From an uncultured Planctomycetales bacterium (GTDB taxonomy: Bacteria > Omnitrophota > Gorgyraeia > Zapsychrales > Fredricksoniimonadaceae), in the NCBI GenBank assembly GCA_964487685.1, contig CAZASA010000003.1, positions 1 through 63,064 on the forward strand: 63,064 nt of DNA. Reading direction: 5' to 3'. This document shows, in pieces, positions 49,373 to 58,714 of the stretch. The position numbers were made by a program, and so were the translations under genes. Within the stretch, counting starts at the first letter, position 1; every line of letters starts with the position of its first letter. The notes beneath the pieces were generated by a model. That model searched no databases. It worked only from the letters and a program-made list of their open reading frames with translations, and was not told the DNA's origin.

Positions 49373-50458
49373 TTATCCTAAAAGAGTTATCACGATCGCG
49401 GTGATGGCAATATTAAGCAAGGACACCGGTAACAATATTTTCCATCCTAAATTCATCAGTTGATCATAGCGGAATCGCGGCAGCGTCCAGCGCACCGCCA
49501 TCAAGACCCAGATAAAGAAAGCGACCTTGGTAAAGAAAGACAATATCCCTAAAAGTACCACCGGCAAATTAGTCATGGCCACATGAGCACCCCATGGGAA
49601 ATAAAATCCATCCGCATGCAGATACGGCACCTGCCATCCCCCAAAAAACAAGGTCGTCATCAAGGCCGAGACCAGCACGGTTTCAACCAGGTCCGCTAAA
49701 AAGAACATCCCGAATTTCATGCCGCTGTATTCCACAAAATACCCGATGATCTCTGATTCCCCCTCGGGAAGGTCAAATGGTGTGCGTTTGGTCTCTGCGG
49801 TGGCCGCGGTCAAAAATAAAAAGAACGCCAAAGGCTGGACAAAGACCCCCCATTTAGGAAGCCAGCCGCCAAACATAGTGGCGCCTTGCGCGCGGTCCAG
49901 GGCCTGAAGGTCGAGCGTATTAAACACCATGATGACCCCCATGATGGCAGCCCCCATGGTAATCTCGTAGGCGATCATCTGTGCCGCCCCGCGCATCCCG
50001 CCTAAAAACGCGTAATTATTATTGGAAGAAAAACCAGCCAGGACAACCCCATAAACGCCCATGGACATCATGGCAAAGATAAAAATAAGCGCGATATTAA
50101 GGTTAGCCGCCTGCAGCTCGATCACATGCCCGTTCATCACCAAGGCGCCACCAATGGGGATGGCCGCAAAACCAACAAGCGCAAAGATGACGGATAAATA
50201 AGGGGCCAAATTGAACAAAAATTTATTGGCCCCCTCAGGCATGAATTCTTCTTTACTAAGCATCTTAAGCACGTCGGCAATAGCATGGAAAAGGCCCATG
50301 GCCTTAAAACCAAAAATGGACGCTCGATTGGCCCCGATGCGGTCTTGCATCACAGCGCTTTGCTTGCGCTCAACCCAGGTCAAAAGTCCGGCGATGTTAA
50401 ACATAATAAACAAAGTGCCGGCGCTTAAAATGAATTTGATCAGGATATCAGTCATCAT
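49373..50458 (-). CDS. nuoH: NADH-quinone oxidoreductase subunit H
   Basis: WVERK, QDRIGANR, AETKRTPFDLPEGESE, LPRFRYDQLM. Confidence 0.96.
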   Translation of the reverse strand: MMTDILIKFILSAGTLFIMFNIAGLLTWVERKQSAVMQDRIGANRASIFGFKAMGLFHAIADVLKMLSKEEFMPEGANKFLFNLAPYLSVIFALVGFAAIPIGGALVMNGHVIELQAANLNIALIFIFAMMSMGVYGVVLAGFSSNNNYAFLGGMRGAAQMIAYEITMGAAIMGVIMVFNTLDLQALDRAQGATMFGGWLPKWGVFVQPLAFFLFLTAATAETKRTPFDLPEGESEIIGYFVEYSGMKFGMFFLADLVETVLVSALMTTLFFGGWQVPYLHADGFYFPWGAHVAMTNLPVVLLGILSFFTKVAFFIWVLMAVRWTLPRFRYDQLMNLGWKILLPVSLLNIAITAIVITLLG

Positions 50459-50459
50459 A

Positions 50460-52046
50460 TCAGCCTTTTAGGACCATTCCTTTATCAGAGATCTTATCAT
50501 AGGTCATTTCGGCAAATGACGGGACCGTTGCCGCTATATCTTTAAAAATATCTTGAGCATGTTTATAGGGCATGGCCGCGCCTAATTTGGCGCTTAGCAT
50601 AGCCATAATTTCCCAATCACCTTTGGATTCTGCCATCGGCAAAAACGCCGGCCAGATGCGCTGGACCTTTTGTTGGCAATTGGTAAAGGTCCCTTCTTTT
50701 TCCGCGTAAACACTGCTGGGCAGATTTAAATGGGCATAGGAGCAAGTCTCATTGATATTACTGCCCTGAAAAACAATGAGCTTCACTTTATTAGCGATCT
50801 CTTTGACCGTGTCTTTGCCATAAAGGGTGATCAGATCATGGCCAAAGACATATAAAAGATCGATCTCACCCTGCTTGGCCTTTTGGATGATCTGGTTAGC
50901 CTCCCCATTGATCTCAAGGACCTTCATGGCGCCTGCGGTATTGGGATTTTTGTCCGCTTTCATCAGGAAATCATCGCTGTCTCCCTGTTTTTGGGGCACT
51001 TTAAAATCAATGTACGTACCGGGAAGGGTGTCTTTAAAAAGCTTGCGGATAACAAATAGGTCTTCATTGGTCAATTGGGCAGAGGCCAAAACACCGATCC
51101 TGTTAGTGCGTTTAGTGTCTTTGAACCCTTTGATCACTGTAACAATTGTATCAATAGCCTTGTCCCAGGCGATAATCTCATCCTTAAGCTGGGGATGATG
51201 GATCCTGTTCTCATCGATAAAATGATAATTATAGCGTCCCTTGTCGCAGATCCAATAATCATTGACCTCAGGATTATGGCGGGGCTTAAGACGCATCACC
51301 CGTGCCGACTTAAACTGATGCGGGCGCATCTTGTCCCATTCAACCGTGATATTGCATCCCTGGCTGCAGCCAGGGCAAACTGACTTTGTTTGCGCCAAAT
51401 ACCATACCCGGCATTTAAAACGGAAATCTTTGTCTGTCAATGCGCCCACCGGACAGATATCAACAACATTGCCGGAATAATTATTGTCCAATTGCTTGCC
51501 CGGATACACATCCAACTGAGAATGGTCCCCGCGGCTAAATACGCCGAACTCGCTGGTTTTGGTGATATGGTCGGCAAAACGGACACAGCGCGTGCAAAGG
51601 ATACAGCGCTCCTGGTCAAGCATCACGGTGGGGCCGATCGAAAAAGCTTTCTTTTCTTTTTTGACCTTCACATCAGCCAATCGGCTGTCGTATTGGCCAT
51701 GCTCCATATAATAATCCTGCAGTTTGCATTCCCCTGCCTGGTCGCAGACCGGGCAATCCACCGGATGATTGACAAGCAAGAATTCCAACACGGTTTTGCG
51801 GACCTCAACGACCTTAGGCGAGTTTGTCTTGACCACCATGCCGTCGGTTACCGGTGTGTAACAGGCGATCTGCATCTTGGATTGTTTTTCAACCTCCACC
51901 ATGCAAATACGGCAATTGCCCGACACCGGCAGGGCCGGATGATAACAGTAACGAGGGATGGTGATCCCCAGTTTATCCGCGGCCTGAATGATCGTTGTCC
52001 CCGCAGGGACTTCTATGTGTTTCCCATCAATGCTTACGTTTGGCAT
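50460..52046 (-). CDS. nuoG: NADH-quinone oxidoreductase subunit G (short, 528 aa)
   Basis: GNCRICMVEV, HPVDCPVCDQAGECKLQ, RCILCTRC, CPVGAL, CPGCSQGC. Confidence 0.94.
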   Translation of the reverse strand: MPNVSIDGKHIEVPAGTTIIQAADKLGITIPRYCYHPALPVSGNCRICMVEVEKQSKMQIACYTPVTDGMVVKTNSPKVVEVRKTVLEFLLVNHPVDCPVCDQAGECKLQDYYMEHGQYDSRLADVKVKKEKKAFSIGPTVMLDQERCILCTRCVRFADHITKTSEFGVFSRGDHSQLDVYPGKQLDNNYSGNVVDICPVGALTDKDFRFKCRVWYLAQTKSVCPGCSQGCNITVEWDKMRPHQFKSARVMRLKPRHNPEVNDYWICDKGRYNYHFIDENRIHHPQLKDEIIAWDKAIDTIVTVIKGFKDTKRTNRIGVLASAQLTNEDLFVIRKLFKDTLPGTYIDFKVPQKQGDSDDFLMKADKNPNTAGAMKVLEINGEANQIIQKAKQGEIDLLYVFGHDLITLYGKDTVKEIANKVKLIVFQGSNINETCSYAHLNLPSSVYAEKEGTFTNCQQKVQRIWPAFLPMAESKGDWEIMAMLSAKLGAAMPYKHAQDIFKDIAATVPSFAEMTYDKISDKGMVLKG

Positions 52047-53293
52047 ACCCGGCCTTTGATCTTATCCTCAAATTCACTGCGAAATTTACTGACGTAACTG
52101 CCCACTGACATGGACACCGCGTCCCCAAATGCACAGATCGTATTGCCGCCGATATTGTTCACAATACCCGGCAAATTGTTTAGGTCATGCGGCCTTGCAT
52201 GGCCTTCATAGATCCTCTTCACATTGCGATACACCCAGCCGCTGCCCTCACGGCAGGGAGAACACTGGCCGCAGGATTCATGCGCAAAAAATCTGGCCGC
52301 GATCATGGCCGCCCAGACCATGTCCGTCGTATCGTCCATGACGATGATCCCGCCTGAGCCTGCCATGGAACCGATCGCTTTTAGGGAATCGAAATCCATT
52401 TTCACATCTAATTGGTCCGGTGTCAGGATCGGCGCTGATATCCCGCCGGGGATCACTGCTTTAAGTTTACGTCCGTTAGGGATCCCTCCGGCATGATCGT
52501 AGATGATCTCACGCAAGGTCGTGCCGTTGGGGAGTTCATACACGCCGGGCCGGGCCACATGGCCGCTGACACAAAACAATCGATTGCCGCCGTTTTTCTC
52601 ACATCCCAATTTGGCAAACCACTCCGCCCCTTTGTTGATGATGGGCGGGACACAGGAAATAGTTTCCACGTTATTAATGACTGTTGGACAGCCGAACAGG
52701 CCGACCACCGCCGGAAATGGCGGTTTTAAGCGCGGAAAACCTTTTTTTCCTTCAAGTGATTCCAACAAAGCTGTTTCTTCACCGCAAATATACGCCCCGG
52801 CACCTGGATGGACCACGATATCAATATCAAAACCTGTCCCAAAGATACCCTTGCCTAAAAATCCCGCCCTGTAGGCCTCATCAACCGCGCCCTGCATGAT
52901 CTGTAATGCATTCACATATTCCCCGCGGATATACACATAGGCCTTATGGCTGTTGATCGCAAAACACGTGATAATGATCCCTTCGATCAAACCATGCGGG
53001 TCTTGTTCAAGGATATATTTGTCCTTGAACGTCCCGGGTTCCCCTTCGTCGGCATTGATGACCAGATATTTGGGCTTGGGATTGGCTTGCGGGATAAAGC
53101 TCCATTTGGTGCCCGCCGGAAAACCGGCCCCTCCAAGCCCTCTGAGATTAGATTTCTTGACCTCATCGATCACTTGTGGCGGCGTCATTTGGGTCAAGGC
53201 CTTGCGCGCCGCCTGATAACCATTATCTTTCAGATAATTGATCAGGCGGTGCGAATCTACCAATCCAAAATGACGTGAAACTATTTTTTCCAT
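52034..53293 (-). CDS. nuoF: NADH-quinone oxidoreductase subunit F
   Basis: LRGLGGAGFP, NADEGEPG, GAGAYICGEETAL, ESCGQCSPCREG; start re-called at MEKIV (the track's extension is REP-derived). Confidence 0.96.
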   Translation of the reverse strand: MEKIVSRHFGLVDSHRLINYLKDNGYQAARKALTQMTPPQVIDEVKKSNLRGLGGAGFPAGTKWSFIPQANPKPKYLVINADEGEPGTFKDKYILEQDPHGLIEGIIITCFAINSHKAYVYIRGEYVNALQIMQGAVDEAYRAGFLGKGIFGTGFDIDIVVHPGAGAYICGEETALLESLEGKKGFPRLKPPFPAVVGLFGCPTVINNVETISCVPPIINKGAEWFAKLGCEKNGGNRLFCVSGHVARPGVYELPNGTTLREIIYDHAGGIPNGRKLKAVIPGGISAPILTPDQLDVKMDFDSLKAIGSMAGSGGIIVMDDTTDMVWAAMIAARFFAHESCGQCSPCREGSGWVYRNVKRIYEGHARPHDLNNLPGIVNNIGGNTICAFGDAVSMSVGSYVSKFRSEFEDKIKGRVCQT

Positions 53294-53309
53294 AACAAAA
53301 ACTTCTAAT

Positions 53310-53365
53310 GTCATTCCCGCGAGCAACTGCGAGTGTCGGTTAACCCGACCGTAAGCGGGAATCCA
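53310..53365. repeat. CGTC-type REP with a 30-nt loop insert
   Basis: GTCATTCCCGCGA + GCAACTGCGAGTGTCGGTTAACCCGACCGT + AAGCGGGAATCCA. Confidence 0.9.
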
Positions 53366-53374
53366 CAACAACTG

Positions 53375-53839
53375 CTACTTATTTTTCTCAATGATCTCAT
53401 CGATCCTCTGCTTGTCCAAAAAGCCTTTGTACTCTTTATTGCCCTGCATCACCGGCGCCATCTCACAGGCCCCCAGGCACTCGACAACACTCAAGCTAAA
53501 TTTACCGTCGGGGGTAATTTCGCCGGGTTTCAGGTCCAGCCGTTCTTTAATATACGCGATGACATCTTCCGAACCCCGCAACGCGCACGCCGTGGTCTGG
53601 CAAACGGAAAAATGGTATTTGCCGATTCTTTGTTGGTGAAATAAATGGTAAAAAGAAACCACTTCATGGACATGAACGACCGGCACGCCCAAATACTCGG
53701 CCATGTTCGCCTCTGTCTGAGGCGTTATCAGCCCTTCCTTCTCCTGGACACAATGAAGCAAAGGCAAAAGGGCCGCGCGCTTTTGCTCATACTTGGCCGT
53801 GATCTTGTCGAGTTCTTTAAGGTATTCCGCGCTAAACAT
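53375..53839 (-). CDS. nuoE: NADH-quinone oxidoreductase subunit E
   Basis: VCQTTACAL, VECLGACE; start re-called at MFSAE (TAATG overlap with nuoD). Confidence 0.95.
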   Translation of the reverse strand: MFSAEYLKELDKITAKYEQKRAALLPLLHCVQEKEGLITPQTEANMAEYLGVPVVHVHEVVSFYHLFHQQRIGKYHFSVCQTTACALRGSEDVIAYIKERLDLKPGEITPDGKFSLSVVECLGACEMAPVMQGNKEYKGFLDKQRIDEIIEKNK

Positions 53840-55161
53840 TATCGATCCAATTCCCCGGCGATCATGTTGACCGAACCAAAAGTCGGCACCAAATCCGCCA
53901 TCATGCTGCCGATCAGACATTTCGGCAAAGCCGCCATGATCGGAAAACACGGCGGATGAACACGCACCCGCCATGGCTGGTCCCGTCCGTCGGAAACAAT
54001 ATAAAATCCCAGTTCCCCATTGGCCCCTTCCACCGGGAAATACACTTCACCCACCGGAGGATGAATGCCATGGCCGTACATTACTAATTTAAAATGGTTC
54101 ATCAGGCCTTCGATATTGCCATAGGTGTTTTCTTTGGCCGGCAGCACCACATCTTTTTTATTCGCATTGATAGCATCATGATACTTCCTGGTGCTTCCCT
54201 GCAATGTTGGGTCGAGCGTGACCTCATCTTCAATTAATTCCTGCGTCTGGCCCATCTTGGCACTGTCCACCATCTGGGCGGCCGGGATGACACATCCGGT
54301 CAGATCCGCGGCAATAGCGCCATCGGGGATCTGCTGGAAACACTGCTCAATAATCCTCAACGATTGTTCAGCCTCGGCCATGCGCACAAAATAACGGTCC
54401 AGATTGTCCCCTTTGGTGCCGACAGGGACTTCAAAATCAAGACGGTCATAAATAAGGTACGGATTGGATTTGCGCACATCATAGGCCACTCCGGTTGACC
54501 TTAAAAACGGCCCGGTGATCCCGTAAGAGATCGCGTCTTCGGCAGAAATCGTCCCGATATCCTTCATGCGGTCAAAGAAAATACGGTTGCGGGTCAATAG
54601 CTCATCTGTTTCAATAAGCACCTTGCGTACATCCGCGATCTTTTTAAAAGCCTTGTCCACAAAACCTGCGGTCAGATCTGCCTTGACACCGCCGATACGC
54701 ACATAGGAGATCGTAAGCCTAGCCCCGGTGATCTCCTCGACTAACTCATAAAGAAATTCGCGGGCCTTGATCATATACAAAAATACGGATAAGGCCCCCA
54801 ACTCCATGGCTGATGCGCCGATGCAGGTCAAATGGTCAGTGACTCTCGAGATCTCGCTCATGATCACACGGATATATTTGGCGCGTTCAGGGATTTCGAT
54901 CCCTAATAATTTTTCAACCCCTAACGCAAAGCCTACATTATTGATCAACGGAGAAACATAATTCAAACGGTCCGTATACGGAAAGCACTGGGCGTACATC
55001 ACCGTCTCGCACATCTTCTCAAAGGCCCGGTGAAGATACCCGATCTCAACATCTACCCCCTTGATCTTCTCACCGTCCAATTCCATCACCAAACGGATGA
55101 CGCCGTGCATCGCCGGGTGCGAAGGGCCTACATTCAATAACATGGAACGCGTTTGGGTCAT
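53839..55161 (-). CDS. nuoD: NADH-quinone oxidoreductase subunit D
   Basis: NVGPSHPAMHG, GYLHRAFEK, DRLNY, GELGFY, GELDR; contains an extra ~45-aa segment. Confidence 0.96.
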   Translation of the reverse strand: MTQTRSMLLNVGPSHPAMHGVIRLVMELDGEKIKGVDVEIGYLHRAFEKMCETVMYAQCFPYTDRLNYVSPLINNVGFALGVEKLLGIEIPERAKYIRVIMSEISRVTDHLTCIGASAMELGALSVFLYMIKAREFLYELVEEITGARLTISYVRIGGVKADLTAGFVDKAFKKIADVRKVLIETDELLTRNRIFFDRMKDIGTISAEDAISYGITGPFLRSTGVAYDVRKSNPYLIYDRLDFEVPVGTKGDNLDRYFVRMAEAEQSLRIIEQCFQQIPDGAIAADLTGCVIPAAQMVDSAKMGQTQELIEDEVTLDPTLQGSTRKYHDAINANKKDVVLPAKENTYGNIEGLMNHFKLVMYGHGIHPPVGEVYFPVEGANGELGFYIVSDGRDQPWRVRVHPPCFPIMAALPKCLIGSMMADLVPTFGSVNMIAGELDR

Positions 55162-55655
55162 TAGTTTGCCGGTCCGATCAACGGTTGACGTTTATTAACA
55201 GGATAATCTTTGCGCAAGGCATGCCCCTGAAACTCTTCATACATCAAAATGCGCTTTAAATTAGGATGCCCTTTGAATTTAATACCGTACATGTCCCAGA
55301 CTTCCCGTTCATACCAATCCGCGGAAGCCCAGAAATCGACGAGCGAATCCACCTCGGGATTTTTCTCATCAACCGGGACCTTGATGCGTAAGCGATGATT
55401 GCATTTAAGGGAAAAGAAATGGTAGACCACTTCAAAGCGGAATTCTTTCTGGATCCGTCCACCTGCAAAAAACAGATAATCCACCGCAGTCAGGTCCATC
55501 AGGAAATTAAAATCCAACTCCGGCCTTGTTTTCAAAAATTCGGCAACAGCCCGAAGACTGTTGGGACGAATAACGGCCGTCTCATCGCCCCTGAAGGCAT
55601 GGGACTCGATGATCTGGTCGGAAAACTGCTCTTGGACTTTCTGCAAGGGTGTCAT
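55161..55655 (-). CDS. nuoC: NADH-quinone oxidoreductase subunit C
   Basis: DLTAVDY, FEVVYH, EREVWDMYG, GHALRKDYP; start re-called at MTPLQ. Confidence 0.94.
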   Translation of the reverse strand: MTPLQKVQEQFSDQIIESHAFRGDETAVIRPNSLRAVAEFLKTRPELDFNFLMDLTAVDYLFFAGGRIQKEFRFEVVYHFFSLKCNHRLRIKVPVDEKNPEVDSLVDFWASADWYEREVWDMYGIKFKGHPNLKRILMYEEFQGHALRKDYPVNKRQPLIGPAN

Positions 55656-55692
55656 GAATATTCCCTGTTCCCTGGATAGCGTTGCTGGGGGT

Positions 55693-56265
55693 TCATATCG
55701 TGGGCGTGGATTCAATATGTTTAATATGCCCCTCGATCGTGTAGCCGCCTTGAAGTTCCTTCGGCCGGCCGATCTTTGTCCGGGGATCATACAATGTCCT
55801 GGATTGTTCCCCTTTTTGGATCTTGTCCTGGAGTTTCATCAATCCATCAAGGACATTCTCAGGCCGCGGCGGGCATCCCGGTATATAAATATCAACCGGG
55901 ATAATGGTATCAATACCCATCACGGTTGAATAATTATCGTAAAACCCGCCGGTGCAGGTGCAGACACCAAAGGCCACTACCCATTTGGGTTCACACATCT
56001 GGTCAAAGACTGTCTTTAGAACAGGGGCCATTTTGTGGCTGATCGTCCCCACCACAAATAGAACATCCGACTGCCTTGGCGAAAATCGCGGAAAACCGGC
56101 CCCAAAGCGGTCCTGGTCATAGTGAGAAGCATTCGTCGACATATATTCCATCCCACAGCAGGCTGTGACAAAGGGATACTGGAAGATGGAAAACTTGCGC
56201 GCCCAGCCCAGGGCGTCATTTAATTTTGAGGTAAAAAAATTGGTTGGAGAGCTCATGAACGACAT
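55693..56265 (-). CDS. nuoB: NADH-quinone oxidoreductase subunit B
   Basis: ACCGMEY, SPRQSD, PGCPPRPE. Confidence 0.95.
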   Translation of the reverse strand: MSFMSSPTNFFTSKLNDALGWARKFSIFQYPFVTACCGMEYMSTNASHYDQDRFGAGFPRFSPRQSDVLFVVGTISHKMAPVLKTVFDQMCEPKWVVAFGVCTCTGGFYDNYSTVMGIDTIIPVDIYIPGCPPRPENVLDGLMKLQDKIQKGEQSRTLYDPRTKIGRPKELQGGYTIEGHIKHIESTPTI

Positions 56266-56269
56266 TAAA

Positions 56270-56623
56270 TTACTCCCATTCTAAGGCCCGTTTCTTCAAG
56301 ACATAGAAGAACCCCAGGACCACAAAACCCATAAAAACAGCCATCTCTGATAAGCCAAAAAGCCCCAGCTTCCTGAAAACAACCGCCCAGGGAAAAAGAA
56401 ATACTAACTCGACGTCAAAAACAATAAAAAGCATGGCCACGATATAAAAATGGATAGGCATGTTCCCGCCGGGTAAGGAAAAAGGCTCCTTGCCGCACTC
56501 AAAAGGTTTGGATTTTTCAGCACTTGGGAATTTAGGGCTTAGAAACTTAGGGATGGTAAGCAAAAGCGCGGCCAGCGCCAGGGCAAATAGAAAAGCAAAT
56601 ATGACTGCTATGTATTCTAACAT
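56270..56623 (-). CDS. nuoA: NADH-quinone oxidoreductase subunit A
   Basis: PFECG, FYIVAMLFIVFDVELVFLFPWA; start re-called at MLEY. Confidence 0.94.
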   Translation of the reverse strand: MLEYIAVIFAFLFALALAALLLTIPKFLSPKFPSAEKSKPFECGKEPFSLPGGNMPIHFYIVAMLFIVFDVELVFLFPWAVVFRKLGLFGLSEMAVFMGFVVLGFFYVLKKRALEWE

Positions 56624-56669
56624 GTTGGGATGATCGCATTCTTTAATAAGCAATAAAACAGGCTAAAAT

Positions 56670-56698
56670 ACTTTAATTTAGGAAGACAAATTAGTCAA
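56670..56698 (-). promoter_or_regulatory. nuoA promoter
   Basis: TTGACT-17 nt-TAAAGT. Confidence 0.55.
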
Positions 56699-56766
56699 GA
56701 ATGTTTCCCCAATAAGAAAACCTTACGAAACCGAAGAAATTGGGCCTTTGTGTGTTTCGAAGTGGC

Positions 56767-57873
56767 TTACAAATTATCCAGGATCATGTCCACGTTCACA
56801 TAATCCTTGACCAAACGCCTGGCCTCACGGATCTTGTCGCGGTCCGTTTTCTGGATCTTAGGGGTCATGTTCTCGATGGCCGCGGCAATGGTATAGGTAT
56901 CCTGGTCTGAGTACAGCACCGGGATGCGGCTATCCTTGAGAAGTCCCGCGATCTTATGATCCGGTGTCAAACCCCCGGTCAAAATAAGGCCGGCCACCTT
57001 GACCGCGCGCCCCTGCTGAAGCAAATAAGAAGATACGGCCACCAGCATATTATCCACCCTGTCCCCGGACGTGATGACCAGGGCCCCATCGCGTAAATGG
57101 CCGATCATATTATACGGTTCCATGGCCGCGACAATGGCATCATAAACCCGGGTGCGTAAATTTTCCTCGCCTGAAAACACCTTTAAGTCCAGGCGTTCCC
57201 TGATCTGTTCGACCGTAGGCGCACTTAACAGGTCCATCTCCGGGATGACACCCAAAAGCCGGATGCCTTTCCGGTCCAGGCCCTTTCTTACAATGCTTTT
57301 GATCTTATCTATTTTAGCCGGGATCACCTTATTGATAATAACACCCAGGACCGGAACATTGCATTGGTCAAACAAGGCTTTATTAAGCATGATCTCATCA
57401 ATGGCCCGCCCGATCCCGCCGCCGGAAACAATGATGGCCTTGCTTCCCAATAAAGCCGCCACATCAGCGTTAGAGCAATCGATCACCGATCCCACGGCCG
57501 CGTGCCCAGTGCCCTCGACAATGATGGCGTCCTTGCCGCGGGTGATCGTTTGAAAAGATTTAAGGATCTTGTCATGCAAGCGTTGTTTTTCAGGCTCAAG
57601 GATGTATTTTTCCGTATAACCCTGGCCGATAGTGATAGGGCTCATGTCCTTGATATGCTTTTTGCAATGGTATACTTCCCCGATCAAATAAGTATCTTTA
57701 TCAATGCTATTTTCTTCGTAGGTGACAGTTTCCTGGCCTACGGGTTTCATAAAAGCCGTCTTGATCTTGCGCTCCTGGAAATTCTTAAAAAGTCCCAAGG
57801 CCAAGGTCGTCTTGCCGGCGTTTTGATGGATGGCAGAAATAAAAATGTTCTTTAATTGTTTAGTTTTTTTCAT
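56767..57873 (-). CDS. Stand-alone BioD-like P-loop + DRTGG protein (Pta N-terminal-like, no PTA catalytic domain)
   Basis: NAGKTT, FMKPVG, IVEGTGH, ITSGDRVD, LILTGG. Confidence 0.85.
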   Translation of the reverse strand: MKKTKQLKNIFISAIHQNAGKTTLALGLFKNFQERKIKTAFMKPVGQETVTYEENSIDKDTYLIGEVYHCKKHIKDMSPITIGQGYTEKYILEPEKQRLHDKILKSFQTITRGKDAIIVEGTGHAAVGSVIDCSNADVAALLGSKAIIVSGGGIGRAIDEIMLNKALFDQCNVPVLGVIINKVIPAKIDKIKSIVRKGLDRKGIRLLGVIPEMDLLSAPTVEQIRERLDLKVFSGEENLRTRVYDAIVAAMEPYNMIGHLRDGALVITSGDRVDNMLVAVSSYLLQQGRAVKVAGLILTGGLTPDHKIAGLLKDSRIPVLYSDQDTYTIAAAIENMTPKIQKTDRDKIREARRLVKDYVNVDMILDNL

Positions 57874-57903
57874 AATTTAATACACCCTCTTGGCCTTATG
57901 CGC

Positions 57904-58662
57904 TTATTCCGTTTTTGGCTCAAGCAACTTAACCAGCCCCCCGAGCGATCCCAATGTCTCTACCGGCAGGGCAAAGACCACGGTTTTAGATGGCGATGAA
58001 CCAAGGCCGTCTATCGTTTGGAGTATCCTCAATTGCATGGCCCCCGGGGATTCGGTCATTGTTTTTGCAGCTGCCGCGAGGTTAAATGCAGCCATTTTAT
58101 CCCCTTCTGCCTTAGTGATCGTGGCCCTTTTTTCCCTCTCCGCGGAAGCCTGCCGTGACATCATTTCCTTTAATTCTTGAGGCACATCCACATCCAGGAT
58201 CTTGATCGCGGATACATTTAAGCCCCAGTTGCCTGCTTGTTTTTGGATGATCTCTTCAATTTCATCGCCGATCTTTTGGCGTTCTGCCAACAGATCATCA
58301 AAGCTCATGCCGCCCACCACGTCCCGCAATGCCGCCTGGGCATATTGCGAAACCGCGTACAAATAATTCTGGACCTTGATCACCGCTATTTGGGCATCGA
58401 CTACCTGAAAATAAACAACGCCATTGATCGACACCGGCACATTGTCCTTGGTGATGGCCTGCTGCTTGGGGATATCATTGGTCAAGACCCTCATATCCAC
58501 CACCCTGGCAAATTCAATAATAGGAATGATAAAATTCAATCCCGGCTGAAGCGTCCTGGAATATTTTCCCAGTTGGAACACAACACCGGTTTCATATTGC
58601 TGGATGATCCTGATTGAAAAAGCTACCAGTAGAATTAGAATAGGGATCAAATAATATGGCAT
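57904..58662 (-). CDS. SPFH/stomatin-family protein
   Basis: QQAITKDNV, MSRQASAEREKRA, QLRILQT. Confidence 0.93.
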   Translation of the reverse strand: MPYYLIPILILLVAFSIRIIQQYETGVVFQLGKYSRTLQPGLNFIIPIIEFARVVDMRVLTNDIPKQQAITKDNVPVSINGVVYFQVVDAQIAVIKVQNYLYAVSQYAQAALRDVVGGMSFDDLLAERQKIGDEIEEIIQKQAGNWGLNVSAIKILDVDVPQELKEMMSRQASAEREKRATITKAEGDKMAAFNLAAAAKTMTESPGAMQLRILQTIDGLGSSPSKTVVFALPVETLGSLGGLVKLLEPKTE

Positions 58663-58714
58663 ATGATCTTCACTCGCTTTCTTTCATTAACACATTAACA
58701 AGTTGTAAAAAAAT

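Noticed and set aside
53294-53371. N-terminal extensions of NuoF (and SucD 60671-60685) in the ORF track
   Set aside because: They are REP translations; REP ATGs are in frame at 2 of 4 comparable sites, compatible with chance.
54280-54295. GTCATCCCGGC (VIPA) inside the NuoD insertion as an RPE-like insertion
   Set aside because: No complementary GCCGGGAT arm; probably coincidental.
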